Positions 49,302 through 63,411 of a DNA stretch of 64,000 nucleotides are shown here, one piece after another. The stretch spans positions 962,682 to 1,026,681 of the forward strand of contig NW_003314278.1 of NCBI RefSeq assembly GCF_000143415.4. The letters are read 5' to 3'. Under the pieces are notes generated by a model. That model had not been told where the DNA came from. It searched no databases and was given only the letters and a program-made list of their open reading frames with translations. Numbering within the stretch: the stretch's first letter is position 1; each line of letters opens with the position of its first letter. The stretch is from Selaginella moellendorffii (taxonomy: Eukaryota; Plantae; Lycopodiophyta). The position numbers were made by a program, and so were the translations under genes.

Positions 49302-49985
49302 GAGTAGAGGAAGTAAGTAGTAAAGCAGCAAAACTGAAAGCCGTCCAGGAGAAGTCGTGGCTGTTTCAAGTCGGATGTTTAAAGTTTCGAGAAGAGGCAT
49401 TTGTGCAACTGATCTCGGGAAGAAGCTGGTCAAATTCAGATCACAAGACTTTGAGGAAGCAGCTCAGACTTATGAAGAGGAGGAGGAGCCACATGAGGGA
49501 GCAGCTACCCACGATGCAGCAATGGAGCAGTGACTGCGGGACGCAGCACAAGGCAGTCGTGGGAGAGTGGAGAAGGGAGAAAAAGACAAGCTCGAGGATT
49601 CAAGCTTAGGAAATTAAACTTGAGAGGTTCAAGATTAGGACTGTATTCCTAACCTTGACGTGAGCAGAAGCGACTATAAAAGTAGGACTTAGAATGTTTT
49701 TAGACTTATCCCTAATACAAAATACATTGCATTACATCGTCTTTCTGCCTATCTCTTCGGCACTTCATAGCAATGTCTTACTTACCCACCGCCTTCAAGG
49801 GATCAAAGGCGTGGGACTAGCACCTTCAAGCACATGTTCACAGTCTCTACTTGGCTTGGCACAAGCAGGTAAGTGCACTCTTCTTGTAGTGTAGTTTTAG
49901 TTTTAGGGACTAGATTAGATTTGAAACTCCTAGGAAGATCTCGTGTGGACGTTTCCTCCTAGTTTAGAGATTCCAGGAGTTTTCA

Positions 49986-50221
49986 AGTGGCATGGATGCC
50001 ATTCTCTGGGCTAACAAGCCTTAGGTTCTAAATTAGACTTATAGAGTTTGTGAATGAGACTCCTTTAAGTGGTCGGAGGTGTGGTTAAATGACTAAAGTA
50101 GAATGGAAAAATTAGTCATGGACAATTTGGTATTGGAGTTGTTCCTTAGTTTCACTTTTATTGCTGCTCAAGTATGTCACCATTGGTGTTAGCATCGGAT
50201 GGTCCTAAGAGTGGGCCTATC
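49986..50221 (+). mobile_element. Older fragment of family A (LTR 3' end plus PBS region)
   Basis: Diverged match to 5783-6020. Confidence 0.8.
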
Positions 50222-50730
50222 TGTCAAGACCCCCAACAAGATTAGGACTGGAAAATGCAAAAGACAAAGAGAAAAGCTAGTGGAAATGAGGAAAAGGCCT
50301 TAGACTAGCATTGATTCAGATTGTGGAGAAATGGAATAAGGCTGACCTATATATACTATAGGTTGATGAAGCTCCACCACTCTTGGATCGAGGATGGCCT
50401 AAATATAGCTGAGGTTGAGGAGGTGCCACGTCATCATCAGGAATGTGGTTCAAGACTCAGGAATCGTATGGGAAATCAGAGAGTCAGGAATAGGGAAGTG
50501 TCTTGAGAGTCAGGAATGTGGTCTACGGGTCAGAAATCTGGTGAGAGTCAAGAATGTGGCAAGAATTGGGGGATTCTTGACAGCACCCCCTCCTCAAGAA
50601 CAAGTGGAATGAGGACATGAATGAGAATGAAGAGGAGGATGAGATGGGTGGTGAGGGATGGGAGATGGAGAATGAAAAAAATGACGACTAGGTCGAGAAG
50701 GATAGCGGCAGTGGAAGTCCTAAACAAGGC
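50222..50730 (-). mobile_element. 3' LTR (50222-50582) and adjacent interior of another LTR element (family E)
   Basis: TGTCAAGA...TCTTGACA termini, followed by rc PPT GAGGAGGGGGTGC. Confidence 0.7.
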
Positions 50731-51130
50731 TGTAAGCTCTTGAGTTTGGACTTCCTGAGAGCTCACCCAACCCAGTATTATTCACACCCAAGGACGCTTA
50801 ACCCCAAATATCCCAAGACCCTTAACCGTTTGGAAAAGGGGGTGCACTCTTGTTCATGGGCCCTTTCCCTCTATATTTGAACCCCATGGATTGTCTCTCG
50901 AGTCGTTCCCTTTGGTTGCTTACAATCCACCATGCTTCCCTGCAAGTTCACGCCCTCGTGAACGGAAGCTGAGAGCCACAACTCTCCCGAGAGCCTCGCT
51001 CTCTTGACACCCTACCCCTTGGGTCGAGCCCAGCGGGAGTAAATTGGACCAGCCAAATGTCAATCAATATGTGGTGTGATTCCCTTAGCCAACCAACAGA
51101 GTCGGACCCGAGACCGCTCCGATACCAAAT
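50731..51130 (-). mobile_element. Cassandra-like 5S-TRIM: 3' LTR (50731-50924) plus ~206-bp interior with PPT and PBS
   Basis: Same 194-bp LTR as 31576-31769; 5S motif at 50748-50803; PBS rc GCTCCGATACCA at 51116-51127. Confidence 0.88.
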
Positions 51131-51198
51131 TGTAAGCCACAATTTTTTCCTTTCCAATTTGCTAGCTTACCTCGTCTTTCCGTCTGACGCTGCCTTGG

Positions 51199-51953
51199 TG
51201 TGAGACACAAAATCCCTAGGCCCCAAAGTGGAGCCGGAAGGGCGCCACATGGTAGTGGCCGAAGCGAGAGCCAAATGAGCGTAACACGTTTGGACCAAAA
51301 GCTCCGACTTGAAAAGTCAAGAGCGGGAGTGGAACTCCCAATGAAGTGCTCGGGGAACGAGCACGAAGCGAGCAAAAGGCGAGGCTCCAAAAAGGGACCC
51401 AAAAGGGCCAACACATGACACGTGGGAGTGTCCGAGATGGACTCGAGTTGGAGTCCGAAGTGGAGTCCGAGATGGACCCGAGTTGGAGTCCGAAGTGGAG
51501 TCCGAGATGGACCCGAGTTGGAGTCTGAAGTGGAGTCCGAGATGGACCCGAGTTGGAGTCCGAAGTGGAGTCCGAGATGGACCCGAGATGGAGTCCGAGA
51601 AGGAGTCCGAAGTGGAGTCCGAGGTGGACCCGAGATGGACCCGAAATGGAGTCCGAGATGGAGTCCGAGATGGACCCGAGATGGAGTCCGAGATGGAGTC
51701 CGAGGTGGACCCGAGATGGACCCGAAATGGAGTCCGAGATGGAGTCCGAGATGGACCCGAGATGGAGTCCGAGATGGAGTCTGAGGTGGACCCGAGATGG
51801 ACCCGAAATGGAGTCCGAGATGGAGTTTGAGATGGACCTGAGATGGAGTCCGAGATGGAGTCCGAGATGGAGTCCGAGATGGACCCGAGATGGACCCGAG
51901 ATGGAGTCCGAGATGGAGTCCGAGATGGAGTCCGAAGTCGAGACCGAGACCGG

Positions 51954-51985
<32 letters not shown>

Positions 51986-54900
51986 TCGGGACCGAGACCG
52001 AGACCGAGGCCGAGGCCGAGACCGAGCCCGAGTCCGAGTCCGAGTCCGAGTCCGAGTCCGAGTCCGAGTCCGGAGCCTGAGAGGGTGAAAGCCCAAAGCG
52101 TTCGTCTCCCAGACCCTGGGGGGTTTGGTGAGCTCCAAAAGTATAGTAGGGGGAGGACTGCAGTGGAGCCAGTTTGGCCAGGAAAGGCCAGTTTGGCCAG
52201 GAAAGGCCAGTTTGGCCAGGAAAGGCCAGTTTGGCCCAGGAAGGCCGGACCCAGTGTTGGGTGATGAGCTGCCCACTGGGAAGTCCAAGACTAGAGTGAA
52301 CACGGACCGACAAGCGGGGTAGCTTGGTGAAGTGTTCAAGAGCCGGCTCTAGTTCCCCCGGGAGATCGACTGGCCGATGCTCCCAGTCCAAGTGTGGGTG
52401 GCACTACCTACTTGGGTACCTGTCGTGGCTCAACGGAACCTCGCTCTAAGCCCATGGCTAGAGCACCTAAAGGCGAAAGGCGAGGAGAGTACCCATGAGG
52501 CTTGCGTAAGGCCACGGTGTTCCGAAATGTTGTCCCAAAGTCCCAAACGGTGAAAGGGAAGAGGAGTAGGCCTCTAATGCAGTGACCAAGGAGACGGTCA
52601 CATGGTGAGGAAGTCCCAAAGGACAGTGGGACTTAGCGGTCAGGCCTGCGGGCCTTGATCCAGTGGCAGTGTTGGCGAACACGGCCATAGACTAAAAGGG
52701 ACTTGGTGGGGACTGGAAAGGAGTTGTCGGGGAAGGCTATTCCCCATGTCTGCGGGCATCCTAAGGATGCTAAGGAGTAGATCAGGGATGATCGCTCATG
52801 GACGGATGGTCCAGTCTTTGAGAGACGGAACAATGATGCAGGTGGTGTTAGACCACCGGTGTGACCAAGGTGAATGGGCATGGCCTTAGCGTAACGGGCC
52901 GATATGTCGGGGGTACCTTGGGGTGTCGGTCATGGGATCGGACAAGTGGAGCACTTGGACCAAGTGCAAAGGTGGAGTGGCACGGAGGCCATTCTCGGGG
53001 CTAGCAAGCCCCAAGTCCTAACTGGGACTTATTGAGGTTGTGAATGAGACTCCTCCAAGTGGTCGGAGGTGCGGTTAAGTGACTAAAGTAAAATGGAAAA
53101 ATTAGTCGCTTACAACTTGGTATCGGAGCTGTTCCTTAGTCCGACTTTTATTGGTACTCAAGTATATCACCACTGGTGTTGGCAACGGAAGGTCCGAGAA
53201 GTGGGCCTATATTTGAGGAGTAGCAGGTCGGGAAGACATGGCTCTCCATTACAGTTCATGTGTGAACTTGTAGACAAGGTGGTGGATAGAAAAGGGGCCA
53301 ATAATGGAACGACTTTGGGATCTTGGGAACAGTGCAAGGTTTTCCTCATTGAGTTGAGGAGGTGATTCAGATGAGCGTTTGACTCAGCAAACGGGCTAAT
53401 GTAGTTGGGGTAAACAACTATAGTTGGGATCACGGGGAAGATAGAGACTCCAAAAACAATAAAGGAGTCACAAGTTTATCCTCACATGGTTGAGGCTGGT
53501 GCTCATGAAGATGAGACCGGAATGGATGACCGTGAGAGGTCAAGTATGGATGAGGACACGAGTCCTCGAAATGGTAGCCGGGGCTACCTCTAATAAATGC
53601 TGGAACAACCCAAGGAGTTAGGGGTGTATTAAGTGGATGAGTTGGTATTCTCATCACATGGACAAGTAGTCCTAAGGGGCAAAGGTTGCCCCCAGAGAAC
53701 AAAATCAAGTGTCGGAGTAACACTTGTGAAAATAGTCCTTTTGAGTAGGACAGGAATGCAAGAAGTGTATTCCAGTGAGCTAGTGCCTCACAAGTAGGAC
53801 CTTACGGGTCTGTGGATTAACCAAGTCCAAAACTGCTAGACGACTCAAGTAGAGTCAAGGGATGGTCCTAAAAGGACTGATGGAAGCATTTGGACTGAGG
53901 TGCGTTGTACCCCACAAAGGATGGGGGGGGATCATAGGATCCAAGGATGAGAACAGAGAGTATCTCATCGATGGCAAAATGTGCCATGCTAAAGTCGTGG
54001 GAAAGGTGTTCCCAAAAAGAAAACAACTTTGACGCAAAGTTGTGTGTGACCTCTATGGTGCAGTGCTAACGGATGGTTGGCATGAGAAAGAGCGGTGTTG
54101 GTCTTGGCAAAGACATAAACACGAAGGGGAAATGTCATAGAGGTAGGCTCGTGGAGCCGATGGTGTGGAGACACCAAATGTGCCAAGGTGTGATACCTTG
54201 AGGCTATGTTGGTGGGTTCATGAGAACCCCTTGCCAAAGGAATCCCAATGGAAATGGGAATGGCATAGCCTAAGCTGCAGAGCATGCAGTTGGAGTGTGG
54301 TGACCCAGATAATGATGGAGGTGTGAAAGCACCAAACAATGAGTTGTAGGACTTGACAACTATGAGGCAACTAAGCAAGAGGTGCAAAATAATTGGTTGA
54401 ACGGGTAGAAGGTAGCTACCCAAGACTTCTTAATAGCATAGGGAAGTCGGATACACCCTTACGGGGGATAAGTTGCTTGTGTTGCGATATAGTAAGTCAA
54501 TGTCATAAAAGGAAATACTCATTGTCAAGAAAGCCATCATTGGGACACCCGAACACTCTAGAACACCAGAAGGTGGTGTTTGATGTCGCGAAGGCAATGG
54601 ATAAAGCCCAAGGGACTAAGTCCCTAGCGAATGATGGATAGAAGGTGCTATCCTAATGTCCAAGGTTGCAGAGACAGGAGAGGACTGTCTACCCGAGTTG
54701 GACAAAGCCAAAAATGGAATTTTGGCAAGGCTAGTGATGGGCATGGAAAGGCCCATAAGCAACAATGTAATCCCAGTGTGTGGGATTATAAGGTGAGCAT
54801 ACCCGGATTGAGGAACCACTCCCTGGGCTATTGGGTAGGTTCATCCCTAAGAATACTTGCTAAGGCATGATAGAAAGTGCAAAGCTATCCTCCTGGTCTG

Positions 54901-57852
54901 GAGGAAAATAACCAAAGGAAACATATGGGGCCAAAAGGCAAGTAGTATTGGGATGGAACTGAACCATAGAAATCGAAGAGCATAACCAAGGTTGGTTATG
55001 CCAGCTGGGAGTGGAGAATCAAGTGGGGGCTCGAGGGTGTTGCCGCTAGCAACCGTGATGCCATGGAGAGTCTAAAATATGGAATTGTCCATGTTAGACT
55101 ATGTGGCAATTGGAAAACTTGCAAAAAGGGAGGCCTTAGCAAGCTAAGGGACAGAGTTCCTTCAAGGTTCCTAAAGACGATTCTAGGTAGCTTAGTACCT
55201 AGAAAGGCCAAGTGTAAATGGTTCATAGAACGCGCAAAATCAGAGTGGCGCAGCAGAAGCGTGGTCTTGAAGCTTGCCATGAGGCAAGGCTGTCAAGGTT
55301 AGGGAAGTAGTTCCCGAGTGTTCAAAGAGAGGGCTTTGAACGAAAGTTGATGGTTAAGGACTTCCACGCTTATGCATGAACCATGTTACGGTGGCTGAAT
55401 GACTTGCTAAGCGAGATTGGCAAGTCAGGGGAACAAGTACCCTAGTTGAAGGTGATAACTTCAAAAAGGGTGGGCCCATGGGGCCAAGCATGGAGGAGTC
55501 CATGCATGATCACAGATATGTCAAGTGAGAGGACTTGGCAGTGTGGGGGAACTAGGTTCCTAAGCTGTGATCTGTAGCGCGCTTTAAAAATAAGTTGGTG
55601 CACCGGCGTGGGGAGTCACGCCAGGCATCTTGTGTGATGCCGTCCGTAGATGCATATACGGAGCTTGGGTTCGAATCCCAAATCACTAGGGCATGGTGAT
55701 GGTTTGGAATATGAGGACACTCATATTTCGGTGGTCATGGACTCTCAGTGGGGAGACTGGTTTGGGCACACCGCCAAGCGAGGGATGCCTCGGAGTCGTG
55801 ATGCACGGTTAGATTGCTTAGTGTGAAAGCTCAGCATATCTAACTTGAACGCTTTGGTGCAAGTGGCACCAAGGTCATGGTGAGTGAGATGGGGACACCT
55901 AATCTCAGTTGCTATGAACCCTTGGCCGTAAGGGTTGGCTTGGGTGCACCGCCAAGTGTGGGGGATGCCCCCGGGGTTATAGTCAACAACTTGGAGGTCT
56001 AGAAGACCAAGTACCTCTTGGCAACTCTGTTAAGGTGCCAAGGTGAGATCACTAGGTGATCTTATGGCCAGATAAGAACAAGGTCCTTGGTTGGCTAAGG
56101 AATGAAGTTCCTGGTTCAAAATGTTGAAATTGAACTGTTTAAGGTGGTGTGGCTTGGTCGCGATGACCAAGTGGGAAGAGCACCTAAGGGAAATAAACTA
56201 TGTCCGTGCGATGGCATAGTGAGTCCGAGGAAAGTAGTCTCTATAAAAGACCCATGGGAGGGTCACGAAGTTGGGCCGTGGATAGAGCCCATAGTAGAAG
56301 ATGCTAAAGAGACGTACTAGGGGTGAACATCCTCCGGACTTGGCAAAGAAGAGTCTTTGCTATGGAACCGAAACAATACCTCAAGAAGGGAGGTAGAGAT
56401 TCGATGTTGCTTGGTGCAACGATCAACGGATAGGAGCAAAAGATGAGTGGCCAAGATAGGGCCGTGGAATCCCTTGGAAGGAATCCAAGTGACAAAGTTA
56501 GGCGAGGAACACTAATGTGTTGGACGCTAACAAGTTGCGGGAAAGGAAGTGTGTTTCCAAGGAGGGATTCCGAAATGCTCCGATTTGGCGAAAGTGGAAG
56601 CTCCAAGGGAGGGAGCGGTAAGGTAGCCAAATGATAGGGCCATGAACAGCCCTAGCACAAAGTATGATAACTGGAACTTTGGCACGAAATAGAAGAGAGG
56701 ATGATGGTGCCCTCGAATAGAGAACTTCCTAGGATGGGAAGTGGAGTTGCACAAAAGGTGCAAGGCAAGGTGTCGGAGACACCTAGGAAATTGACTCCAA
56801 GAAGTCAAAATTCAAAGTTCCAAAGTGCAGAGGTTATATCGATGGAAATTGAGACTACTCGAGAAGGAGTAGTGGGATTGACTTAGAGAAGGGTCTCTAA
56901 GAGGTTTAGCGAGAACTAAACCAATAAAAGGAGAGAACCACTATATGTGGTCCAATCAGTCTCTGAGTTGGAGAGACTACCCTCCTTAGAGGATATGCAA
57001 AAGGCATGGTGAGCCTTCAATGTCCAACGATTGACGAATATGGAGAAGGCATGGTGAGCCTTCAATGTCACACCATTGACAAATATTGGCTACGCGCCAA
57101 GGATGGAAATGGTAACACATGCGGGTGTTACTTTATAAAATGGTTCACCGTTCGATGAGGACATCGAACTTCGTCTATGGGTGGTGGAGTTGTGAGACAC
57201 AAAATCCCTAGGCCCCAAAGTGGAGCCGGAAGGGCGCCACATGGTAGTGGCCGAAGCGAGAGCCAAACGAGCGTAACACGTTTGGACCAAAAGCTCCGAC
57301 TTGAAAAGTCAAGAGCGGGAGTGGAACTCCCAATGAAGTGCTCGGGGAACGAGCACGAAGCGAGCAAAAGGCGAGGCTCCAAAAAGGGACCCAAAAGGGC
57401 CAACACATGACACGTGGGAGTGTCCGAGATGGACTCGAGTTGGAGTCCGAAGTGGAGTCCGAGATGGACCCGAGTTGGAGTCCGAAGTGGAGTCCGAGAT
57501 GGACCCGAGTTGGAGTCTGAAGTGGAGTCCGAGATGGACCCGAGTTGGAGTCCGAAGTGGAGTCCGAGATGGACCCGAGATGGAGTCCGAGAAGGAGTCC
57601 GAAGTGGAGTCCGAGGTGGACCCGAGATGGACCCGAAATGGAGTCCGAGATGGAGTCCGAGATGGACCCGAGATGGAGTCCGAGGTGGACCCGAGATGGA
57701 CCCGAAATGGAGTCTGAGATGGAGTCCGAGATGGACCTGAGATGGAGTCCGAGATGGAGTCCGAGATGGAGTCCGAGATGGACCCGAGATGGACCCGAGA
57801 TGGAGTCCGAGATGGAGTCCGAGATGGAGTCCGAAGTCGAGACCGAGACCGG

Positions 57853-57884
<32 letters not shown>

Positions 57885-58993
57885 TCGGGACCGAGACCGA
57901 GACCGAGGCCGAGGCCGAGACCGAGCCCGAGTCCGAGTCCGAGTCCAAGTCCGAGTCCGAGTCCGAGTCCGAGTCCGAGTCCGAGTCCGGAGCTTGAGAG
58001 GGTGAAAGCCCAAAGCGTTCGTCTCTCAGACCCTGGGGGGTTTGGTGAGCTCCAAAAGTATAGTAGGGGGAGGACTGCAGTGGAGCCAGTTTGGCCAGGA
58101 AAGGCCAGTTTGGCCCAGGAAGGCCGGACCCAGTGTTGGGTGATGAGCTGCCCACTGGGAAGTCCAAGACTAGAGTGAACACGGACCGACAAGCAGGGTA
58201 GCTTGGTGAAGTGTTCAAGAGCCGGCTCTAGTTCCCCCGGGAGATCGACTGGCCGATGCTCCCAGTCCAAGTGTGGGTGGCACTACCTACTTGGGTACCT
58301 GTCGTGGCTCAACGGAACCTCGCTCTAAGCCCATGGCTAGAGCACCTAAAGGCGAAAGGCGAGGAGAGTACCCATGAGGCTTGCGTAAGGCCACGGTGTT
58401 CCGAAATGTTGTCCCAAAGTCCCAAACGGTGAAAGGGAAGAGGAGTAGGCCTCTAATGCAGTGACCAAGGAGACGGTCACATGGTGAGGAAGTCCCAAAG
58501 GACAGTGGGACTTAGCGGTCAGGCCTGCGGGCCTTGATCCAGTGGCAGTGTTGGCGAACACGGCCATAGACTAAAAGGGACTTGGTGGGGACTGGAAAGG
58601 AGTTGTCGGGGAAGGCTATTCCCCATGTCTGCGGGCATCCTAAGGATGCTAAGGAGTAGATCAGGGATGATCGCTCATGGACGGATGGTCCAGTCTTTGA
58701 GAGACGGAACAATGATGCAGGTGGTGTTAGACCACCGGTGTGACCAAGGTGAATGGGCATGGCCTTAGCGTAACGGGCCGATATGTCGGGGGTACCTTGG
58801 GGTGTCGGTCATGGGATCGGACAAGTGGAGCACTTGGACCAAGTGCAAAGGTGGAGTGGCACGGAGGCCATTCTCGGGGCTAGCAAGCCCCAAGTCCTAA
58901 CTGGGACTTATGGAGGTTGTGAATGAGACTCCTCCAAGTGGTCGGAGGTGCGGTTAAGTGACTAAAGTAAAATGGAAAAATTAGTCGCTTACA
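51199..58993 (+). mobile_element. Non-autonomous LARD, copy A2, nested in the B3 LTR
   Basis: LTRs 51199-53114 and 57191-58993; TSD CTTGG; PBS TGGTATCGGAGC at 53118; interior collinear with A1. Confidence 0.96.
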
Positions 58994-60491
58994 CTTGGCT
59001 TTTGCTAAGTTCCCTTGCCAAGGTTTTCGCCTATGGTACCAACTCCTACTTGGTCCTACTTGCTTTCAGCTACTCATTGCACGAGCAACGGAGCGTTAGC
59101 CATCCATCCACGGATTCCCAATCTCTCCCAATCCCCCTCCCCGGGTTAGACTAGACTTAAGGTTCGGCTACACTCCCCGCAAGCACAAGCAGCCAAGCAC
59201 ACCAAGCTTCCAGGTTCCTAACATCCCTTGGTACCACAAGGCTTGATCATGGGACCCTCTAAATCCCAAGTCTTGAGTGCAACACTTGCTTCGGGACACC
59301 GGGGCGAAACACCGTGGCCTAGCGGCCCGGTATGGGTACCTCTACCCCCCCACTTCCATCCCGAAGGAAGGCCCAAGCCACTAGGAAGGGCAAGGACCAA
59401 TGAGCCGCATGGTACTCAAATGGGGCACCACTCCACATGAGCCGGGAGCACCGTAATCGGTTTCTCTTTCGGGAGTGGGAGCTGCTCTTGAGCACTTCCT
59501 TGGATGGCCCCTCCGGCACCAACCAAGTCCATGCTCACTCCCACCCAAGGCCCCTCGGTCCCAGTCCCAACCTCAAGTCAGTTTGGGAGCCCCACTGGAG
59601 AGTCCCTTCTAAACTGGTTCCTGGACCTCACTATCCCTACTATACTTTTGGAACCCCCTGCAGCCCCCCTCCCCCTGGGAGACGCACGCTTTGGGCTTTC
59701 GCCCCTTAACCCGTATTAGTATTTGGACTTAGTCTCTGGCTCGATCTTGGACCCGATTTCGGATCTGACTTCGGATTCGGTCTCAGACTCGATCTCGGAC
59801 TCGATCTCGGACCCGATCTCGGACCCGACCTCGGACTTGACCTCGGACTCGGTCTCGGACCCGATTTTGGATCTCGGACTCCGTCTCGAACTCAGTCTCG
59901 AACTCGGACTCGAACTCGGTCCCCGAGTCGGTCTCGGATTCGATTCCGGACTCTATCTCAAACTCGGTCCTAGAGTCGGTCTTAGACTCGATCCTCGACT
60001 TAGTTCCATCTGATGAACTCTTTGTCATTTTGGTCATGCTTTCGGGGTTCCTTTAGCCTACGACACCTCGACGAGCTGGTTCCTTACAACTCCACCACCT
60101 ATAGAAGAAGTTTGATGCCCACATCGAACGTCTCGTTTTATCCTACGACTTGTTGACCATGTCTCCGGGGGCATCCCCCCACTTAGCGGTGTGCCTAAGT
60201 TAGCCTCCCCGGCCAAGAGCCCATGACAACGGAATATAGGTGTCCCTATACTCCTCCCCTCACCACGCCCTAGTATGGGGTCGGGACTTGAACCCAACCT
60301 TGCTTTACTAGGGGGTTGGGACTCGAACCCAACCTCCGTAGAATACGTCTACAGATTCGACATCCCCGCAAGGAGTCGGGCGTAGCTCCCTACGCCTGGT
60401 CGACCTAGCTAACCCATGCTAATTAGCTTACCTTCGGTGCGCCTTCGGGTCCCAACATATGCCACTTGCTCAACTTTGCAAATTGATATTT

Positions 60492-63411
60492 TTAATTGAA
60501 CTTTGCATAAGTACATAGAGTTCTACCTTGCAGAAATTCCTCCACTAGATCTCGCGCGTTCGCTAGGTTCTCCTCTGGTTCCCATATTGCTTCGCAGTGT
60601 GGAAATCCTTTCCACTTCACATGGAACTCTCTCACCTCGCGTCCTTGTCGCTTGCTCTTGCGTGCATTGAGGATGGCCTCGAGTTCGTATTCCTCTTCCC
60701 CTTGGATAACCTCAGGTAAAGGTCTTACTTGGTCCTTGCGAAGCGGATCCTCAAAGTGCGGCTTGAGCAAGTTCACGTGGAACATTGGGTGCATCTTCCC
60801 CATCTCTCGAGGAAGTCGGAGTCGGTAAGCCACTTTACCGATTCGTGCCTCAATCTCGTAAGGCCCCGCGAATCTGCTTAAGGAACTCAAGATCAATTCA
60901 TTTATAGGAATACATGCATTTTTACCTTTGGGTCAACTTTCGGCTAATCCCACTTGGTAGCCTGAGGTTCTTAGTGTTCAGCCACACCTTCTCCCCAGCT
61001 TGGAACTCTACATCCCGGCGCTTTAGGTTTGCGTACTTGGTTTGCCTTTGTTGAGCTCGTTCCAAGGAATCCCTCACTAGATTCCAAATGTTGAGTCTTT
61101 CCACCGTGAATGCCTCCACTGCGGGTAGCTCTCCATGATACTCGGCCACGCCGAGTTCCACAGGACCTTCAATAGCTCGCCCATTGATGACTTCCCATGG
61201 ACTCACCCTGATACTCGAATGTGGTGAGTTGTTATAACACATTTCCGCAAGTCCCAAATGACTTACCCAATCGGTCTGGTCTCCCGAGACATAGCATCGC
61301 AAGTAATCCTCCAGCTGCCTATTCACCCTTTCCGTTTGTCCGTCTGTCAAGAAGTGTTAGTGTCACCAAACTTGACTTAATACCCCATACCTGTCTGTGG
61401 GTGATAGGCGGTGCTGAATTTCAACTTGGTGCGATACTGTTCCAGGAGAGTCCTCCAGAACCTACTAGTGAAGATCTTATCTCGATCTGAGATGATCTCT
61501 TCCGGCCTTCCCCGCACTCGAACCACTTGTTCGAAGAACAGCTTTGCCACACCTTCCGCATCCACTTCTGTTGTGGTGGGTATGAAATGTGCCATTTTCA
61601 AAAATCGGTCCACCACCACGAATATCGCATCAAACCCCTCGCTTGGGGGAAGTCCCATGATGAAGTCCATCGTAAGACATTTCCATGGACGATCTAGAAT
61701 TGGGATGCTTTGCAACAAGCCCCCACTAGCCTTAGTCACAGCTTTGACCTGCTGACATGTTGGACATGTCTTTACATAGTCTTGGACGTCCTTAGCCATA
61801 TCTGGCCAATGGTACTTCCTCTTGAGTAAGCCCATCGTCTTGGGCACTCCGCCGTGTCCCGCAAGAGGTCCGTCATGACACTCTTCTAAGGCTACCTTCC
61901 TTAGTTCCCCTTCTGGAACATACACCCTCGTTTGCTTGTAATAGATGAGTCCGTTGCGTTCCGCATAGCCCATTTTCTCTTCCGTTGGCAGCTCACCTCT
62001 CTGGTGAGCTTCCCGCGCCTCTAGATTCCTTAGCAACACTTCTTGTGCTAGAGCATCGTTCTCATATGCTGTCCGCACATCGTCCCAGAAGGTTGCTGTT
62101 GCGCTAGATATCACCAACCTTAAGCTCGCTTTTCGACTTAGCACATCTGCCACGATGTTGCTCTTCCTAGGCTTGTACAGAATCTCGCAATCAAACTCGG
62201 CCAAGGCATTGGCCCACCGACCTTGTTTCCCTCTCAGGTCGGGCTGTGACAAGAAGTGTTTCGTTGCCACATTGTCCGTGTAAACCTTGAAGTGTCTCCC
62301 AAGGTAGTGTCGCCACTCCTTGAGCGCCTTGACCACTGCAAATAATTCCTTCTCGTGGGCAGGCCACTTCCGTTGAGCCTTGTCCAACTTCTTCGAGAAG
62401 AACGCTACTGGATGGTTGTCTTGCTTCAAAACTGCGCCCAACGCAAAGTCTGAAGCATCCGTGTCTACCTCAAAGTCCTTACCAAAATCTGGTAATGCCA
62501 ACACCGGAGCCTTCCTCAACTTCCCTTTGAGGTGGACGAATGCCGCCTCGCATTCTGCTGTCCATACCATCTTCCTTTTTCCTGTTTGGTCCGTTAAGGG
62601 CAAGGCTACTCTCGAATAGTATCTGATAAACTTTTGATAGTAGTTGCATAGCCCCAAGAACGCCCTCAACTCATGTACATTTGATGGTCGCTCCCATTCC
62701 TGGATCGCTTGGACCTTCTCCGGGTCCACCTTGAGCCCGTCCTGGCCCACCACATGCCCGAGAAACTTTACCTCTTGTTGAGCAAAGTCACATTTGCTCT
62801 CTTTAGCATACAGTTTGTGTTCCCTTAGTTTCTCAAACACCTTCGCCAAGTGTTCGGCATGCTCCTCTAGCGTCTCGCTATAGATCAGGATGTCGTCGAT
62901 ATAGACGACCACGAAGTGATTCAGATAGGGTACAAAGATGTGGTTCATTAGCGCCGAAAATGTGGCCGGCGCATTGCATAGCCCAAAGGGCATCACCAGA
63001 AACTCAAAACTCCCATACCTCGTTCGACAGGTTGTCTTCTCGACATCTTCCTCGGCTACCCTGATCTGGTAGTATCCTGACCTTAGGTCAATCCTCGAGA
63101 AGTATTTTGCCTTTCCCAACCTATCGAACAGGTCCTCAATTCTTGGCAAAGGGTACTTGTTCTTCTTTGTATACTTGTTGAGCAACTGGTAGTCTATGCA
63201 CATGCGCATAGAACCATCTTTCTTTTTCACAAATAACACCAGCGCCCCATACGGCGACTTGCTCAACCTAACATACCCTTTGTCCACCAACTCCTCTAGT
63301 TGGCTCTTGAGCTCCTTGAGTTCTTTTTCGTTCAAACGATAGGGGGGACGAACCACTGCCTCAGCACCCTCCACCAACTCAATCTTATGTTCTATCGGTC
63401 GTGCGGGGGGC
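60492..63411 (-). pseudogene. pol: B3 pol fragment (RT, RNase H, intron-split integrase, chromodomain)
   Basis: ORFs 61377-63530, 60922-61350 and 60492-60896 join in frame after removing 61344-61390 and 60874-60925. Confidence 0.9.

Larger units (their letters stand above)
44168..49985 (+). mobile_element. Gag-only LTR retrotransposon (family D), tRNA-Arg primed
   Basis: LTRs 44168-44576 and 49568-49985 (TG...CA); PBS TGGCGACCACGGTGGGA at 44578-44594; short PPT; no TSD (CGCCA vs AGTGG). Confidence 0.88.
51131..63411 (-). mobile_element. Chromovirus B copy B3 (5'-truncated: RT-RNaseH-IN-chromodomain, 3' UTR, one LTR at 51131-51198 + 58999-60088)
   Basis: Highly similar to B2; both integrase introns present; LTR split by A2. 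Confidence 0.93.
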
